64,000 nucleotides of DNA, taken from NCBI GenBank assembly GCA_963702205.1, contig OY969724.1, positions 1,248,001 to 1,312,000 on the forward strand, in the 5' to 3' direction. Shown here piece by piece: positions 61,043 to 64,000 of the stretch. The notes beneath the pieces are model-generated. The model made no database searches and was not told where the DNA came from. It was given only the letters and a program-made list of their open reading frames with translations. Position numbers and translations under genes: made by a program. This DNA is from an uncultured candidate division Zixibacteria bacterium. GTDB taxonomy: Bacteria; Zixibacteria; MSB-5A5; GN15; PGXB01. Numbering within the stretch: position 1 is the stretch's first letter; every line of letters starts with the position of its first letter.

Positions 61043-62591
61043 ATGAGCAAAGCCGAAGAAAATAAAAGCCGCATCGCGAGACCCTCCGACAGCTTGCCGC
61101 CCATGCCCGAAACCGTGGAACTGGCGGTCGCCCCCAAAAAAGTTAATTACAGAAGGCTGTTTTTTATGGCACTCGGGGTTGTCCTGTTTGCCATTGTGTA
61201 CTTTTCACCGGCCTGGCCAAACGCGGTGGACCCGGCCGGTAAAGTTTTCGAGCTAACTCGCGAGGGCAAAGCCGCCCTGGGACTTTTTCTGCTGGCCGCG
61301 ACGTGGTGGGTGTTCGAGGTCGTCCCGATCGGTGTCACCGGCATCCTGATCGGTGTCATACAGGCGGTATTTTTGATTCGTCCCGCCAAAACCGCTTTCG
61401 GCGATTTTATGGACCCCTCGGTATGGTTCATCGTCGGTTCGGTGGTGATCGGAATGGCCTTCACCAGTACCCGGCTTGACCAAGCGCATGGCCTATAAAA
61501 TGCTTTCGATCGTCGGAGAAAAGACGAGTATGATATATTTGGGCTGTTTCGTGATGACGGCCGGTCTGACACTGGTTATGGCTCACACGGCCGTGGCGGC
61601 GGCGATATTTCCTTTGCTTATGGCTATTTATTCGTTGTACAGCGACGACAACCGACCGACCAAATTCGGCAAGGGTCTGTTCATCGGCATGGCCTTCGTG
61701 GCGGGGGCGGGGAGTATTATCACCCTGCTCGGGGCCGCGCGGGGAGCGGTGGCTATCGGATTTTTCCGCGATATAGCCGGGAAAGAGATTTCGTTTTTCG
61801 AACTGAGTTATTATATGCTGCCGGTCGGCGCCGCCATGGTTTTTGCGCTTTGGGGACTGTGCATGGTATTTTTCAAACCGGAGCACAAGACCATACCGGG
61901 CTTGCGCGACCGGGCCGTCGAATTGTATCGCCATCTCGGAGCCATGAAACGTACCGAGTGGATCACAATCGCCATCGTCATTTTGACAATCGTCACGATT
62001 GGCACCAAGGACCTGTTCGAACCGCTCGTGTCGATCAACAAGAGCGCCATAATTCTTATCTCGACGATACTGTTTTTCCTGTTCAATATTCTGAAACTCG
62101 AAGACCTCGAAAATATACCGTGGAATATTGTCCTCCTGTTCGGCGGCGCGATGAGTATCGGCTTTTGCCTGTGGCAGACCGGCGCGGCCGAATGGATCGC
62201 GGTGGAATGGCTGAGCCTGCTGCAGGGTGCCCACTGGTTCATTTTCGTGATGGGTATCGCCCTGTTCGTACTTATGATGACCAACCTCATCATGAACGTC
62301 GCGGCTATCGCCATATCCCTGCCGGTGGCTCTGTTTCTCGCTCCATACATGGGAGTACAGCCGGAGGTTGTCCTGTTCGCGTCGCTGGTTACGGCCGGGA
62401 TGCCGTTCCTGTTTCTGGTCGGTGCGGCGCCCAATGCCATCGCGTACGAAAGCAGGCAGTTCACGAGCGGGGAATTTTTTATGGCGGGAGTTCCGGCCAG
62501 CTTGATCTTGCTGATTATTCTCGGGATTTTTGTTACTGTAATCTGGCCTTTGATGGGTATGCCGGTGGTCGGATCGCCGGTGGTGCCGTAA
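61043..62591 (+). CDS. SLC13/DASS family anion transporter; apparent frameshift at ~61470
   Basis: WWVFEVVPIGVT, IPWNIVLLFGG, APNAI. Deleting one C in AGTACCCGGC gives GMAFTSTGLTKRMAY and fuses the two ORFs. Confidence 0.88.
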
Positions 62592-62663
62592 AAGCGAATT
62601 CGCATTATTCAACGGACAGGTAATCGTCCCGCAATCTCAGAATACACGACCATAAGATTTCGA

Positions 62664-64000
62664 TCAGTATTTTATCCCGTTGGCGAGTAGAATGTGTCCA
62701 AGGGCGTACTTACCGTCACCGGCGATCGGAAGAATCAATATGTTGTTGTAACCCCGGCGCACCGCTTCATCGGGCACCCGGCCGCGGTCGACCCGCAAGC
62801 CGCCACCGGGAATAATATGCCGGTCGATTTCACCGGCCCCAACAATGGTGCTGTCCAGACGGAAATACATCATGTAGGTGTCGTTGTCGTCGATGCTGTA
62901 TTCGATGTATTTCGAATCGAGGGTTTTGTGCAGTTTGATTGTCAAACCTTTTTTATCGAAATTGAAGCAGTCTTCGCCGTCGCACTGTGTTCCCTGTTTT
63001 TTGGGATGGCTGACATGCCGGTACTCTACCTGATGAGGCGACAAAGCCTGATATACCCCAAGCAGATATTCGTGAATCTCATCCGAGGAATCTTTATTAA
63101 TACAGCAGAAATCGTACGGTGTGCTCCATGTGGCATAATAGCTTTTGGCGTCGAGCAGGGGCAAATCGGTATTGAAATAGCCGTTGAAAATCGTGCGAAA
63201 GGTATTTACGGGACTGGCCTTGTCGGACAGTCGGTCGCCGTGATAATCCGGAAGGTACAACGCGTACAGAATCGAAAACCGTTCTTTCAAATTGGTCGTC
63301 GATGAACCAACCCAGCTCAACTGGGAGCCCGGGCCGTGGTCGCCCATGATGACTATTATCGGCCGCTTGTCTTCGGGGCAATCGAGCAGGTGATCGACGA
63401 TGCCCGTCACGCGGCTGTTGATGAACCGCACCTGGTTGCGATAACCGTCGATATAGTCATCAACGCTGCCGCCGGCGTCGATATAGTGAGATCCATCGCC
63501 CATGAAGAACGTCCGGGACTGATCGACCTCGCCCCCATCGGCTTTGAACACGAACGGTGGATGCGGGACGATAACGTGGGCAAAGACGAATTCGGGGCCG
63601 TCACCGGGCACCCTCGTCGCGAGGGCATCGAGAGTTTTTAATATTCGTCGGCGGTGTATTCCGAAGGGTGAAAATATCCGTCCGAGCAGTCGCGGCAGGG
63701 GAGTGGTGGCGAGCAAAATATTACCGAACTCGCTGGAGGTCCAGTCGGAGACGATATAATCATCGGCCTGCTTTAATTCGGTCAGGGAATATCCCGTCTC
63801 ATAGGCAATAGTCTTATATCCGGCATTCTTAAGAGCGCCCGCGACGTCATTGTGAACGAAATTATCATAAAGCGGCTTTCTGTCATCGGATTTCGGATCG
63901 AACTTGCCGAGATTTTGTATGTAGTCCATGTTGAGGACCGAAGTTACCGTCTCCAGAGTCTGTCCGTAATTGGAATGTATTGAATCCGGCACGAAGAAGC
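62664..64000 (-). CDS. Sulfatase-like / alkaline-phosphatase-superfamily protein, 5' end outside window
   Basis: SNYGQT, FVFAHVIVPHPPFVF, IVIMGDHG, SPVNTFR. Confidence 0.75.
   Translation of the reverse strand, partial: FFVPDSIHSNYGQTLETVTSVLNMDYIQNLGKFDPKSDDRKPLYDNFVHNDVAGALKNAGYKTIAYETGYSLTELKQADDYIVSDWTSSEFGNILLATTPLPRLLGRIFSPFGIHRRRILKTLDALATRVPGDGPEFVFAHVIVPHPPFVFKADGGEVDQSRTFFMGDGSHYIDAGGSVDDYIDGYRNQVRFINSRVTGIVDHLLDCPEDKRPIIVIMGDHGPGSQLSWVGSSTTNLKERFSILYALYLPDYHGDRLSDKASPVNTFRTIFNGYFNTDLPLLDAKSYYATWSTPYDFCCINKDSSDEIHEYLLGVYQALSPHQVEYRHVSHPKKQGTQCDGEDCFNFDKKGLTIKLHKTLDSKYIEYSIDDNDTYMMYFRLDSTIVGAGEIDRHIIPGGGLRVDRGRVPDEAVRRGYNNILILPIAGDGKYALGHILLANGIKY

Overview
Bacterial chromosomal window, probably from candidate phylum Zixibacteria. 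This is an inference from four secreted proteins ending in a Cys-bracketed dockerin-like 'GDANGDGxxNLLDILY' module. Housekeeping and envelope genes include asnS, lepA, tmk, dprA, a CtpA-like protease, exosortase plus epsI and MscS. Notable systems: (i) inositol-lipid genes (ino1, PfkB kinase, CDP-alcohol phosphotransferase) and a serine palmitoyltransferase plus ceramide-synthase-like GNAT pair; (ii) an hdrC-hdrB-sdhB-sdhA-like, thiol:fumarate-reductase-type operon with two Rex-like boxes; (iii) a cobalamin riboswitch, TonB receptor and dockerin-tipped beta-propeller; (iv) an RLAN / RimK ATP-grasp / GNAT-C39 operon. The accessory DNA holds one IS3, two IS256 copies, an orphan Rhs fragment and two broken paralogous propeller-dockerin genes, one bracketed by a 66-bp direct repeat. 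It also holds nested REP/MITE arrays in which ~152-bp MITEs sit in hairpin loops, with an empty allele in the same window. Three clear frameshifts and one probable frameshift all map to AGTACC, suggesting a modification-linked sequencing artefact. No rRNA, tRNA or CRISPR array was found.
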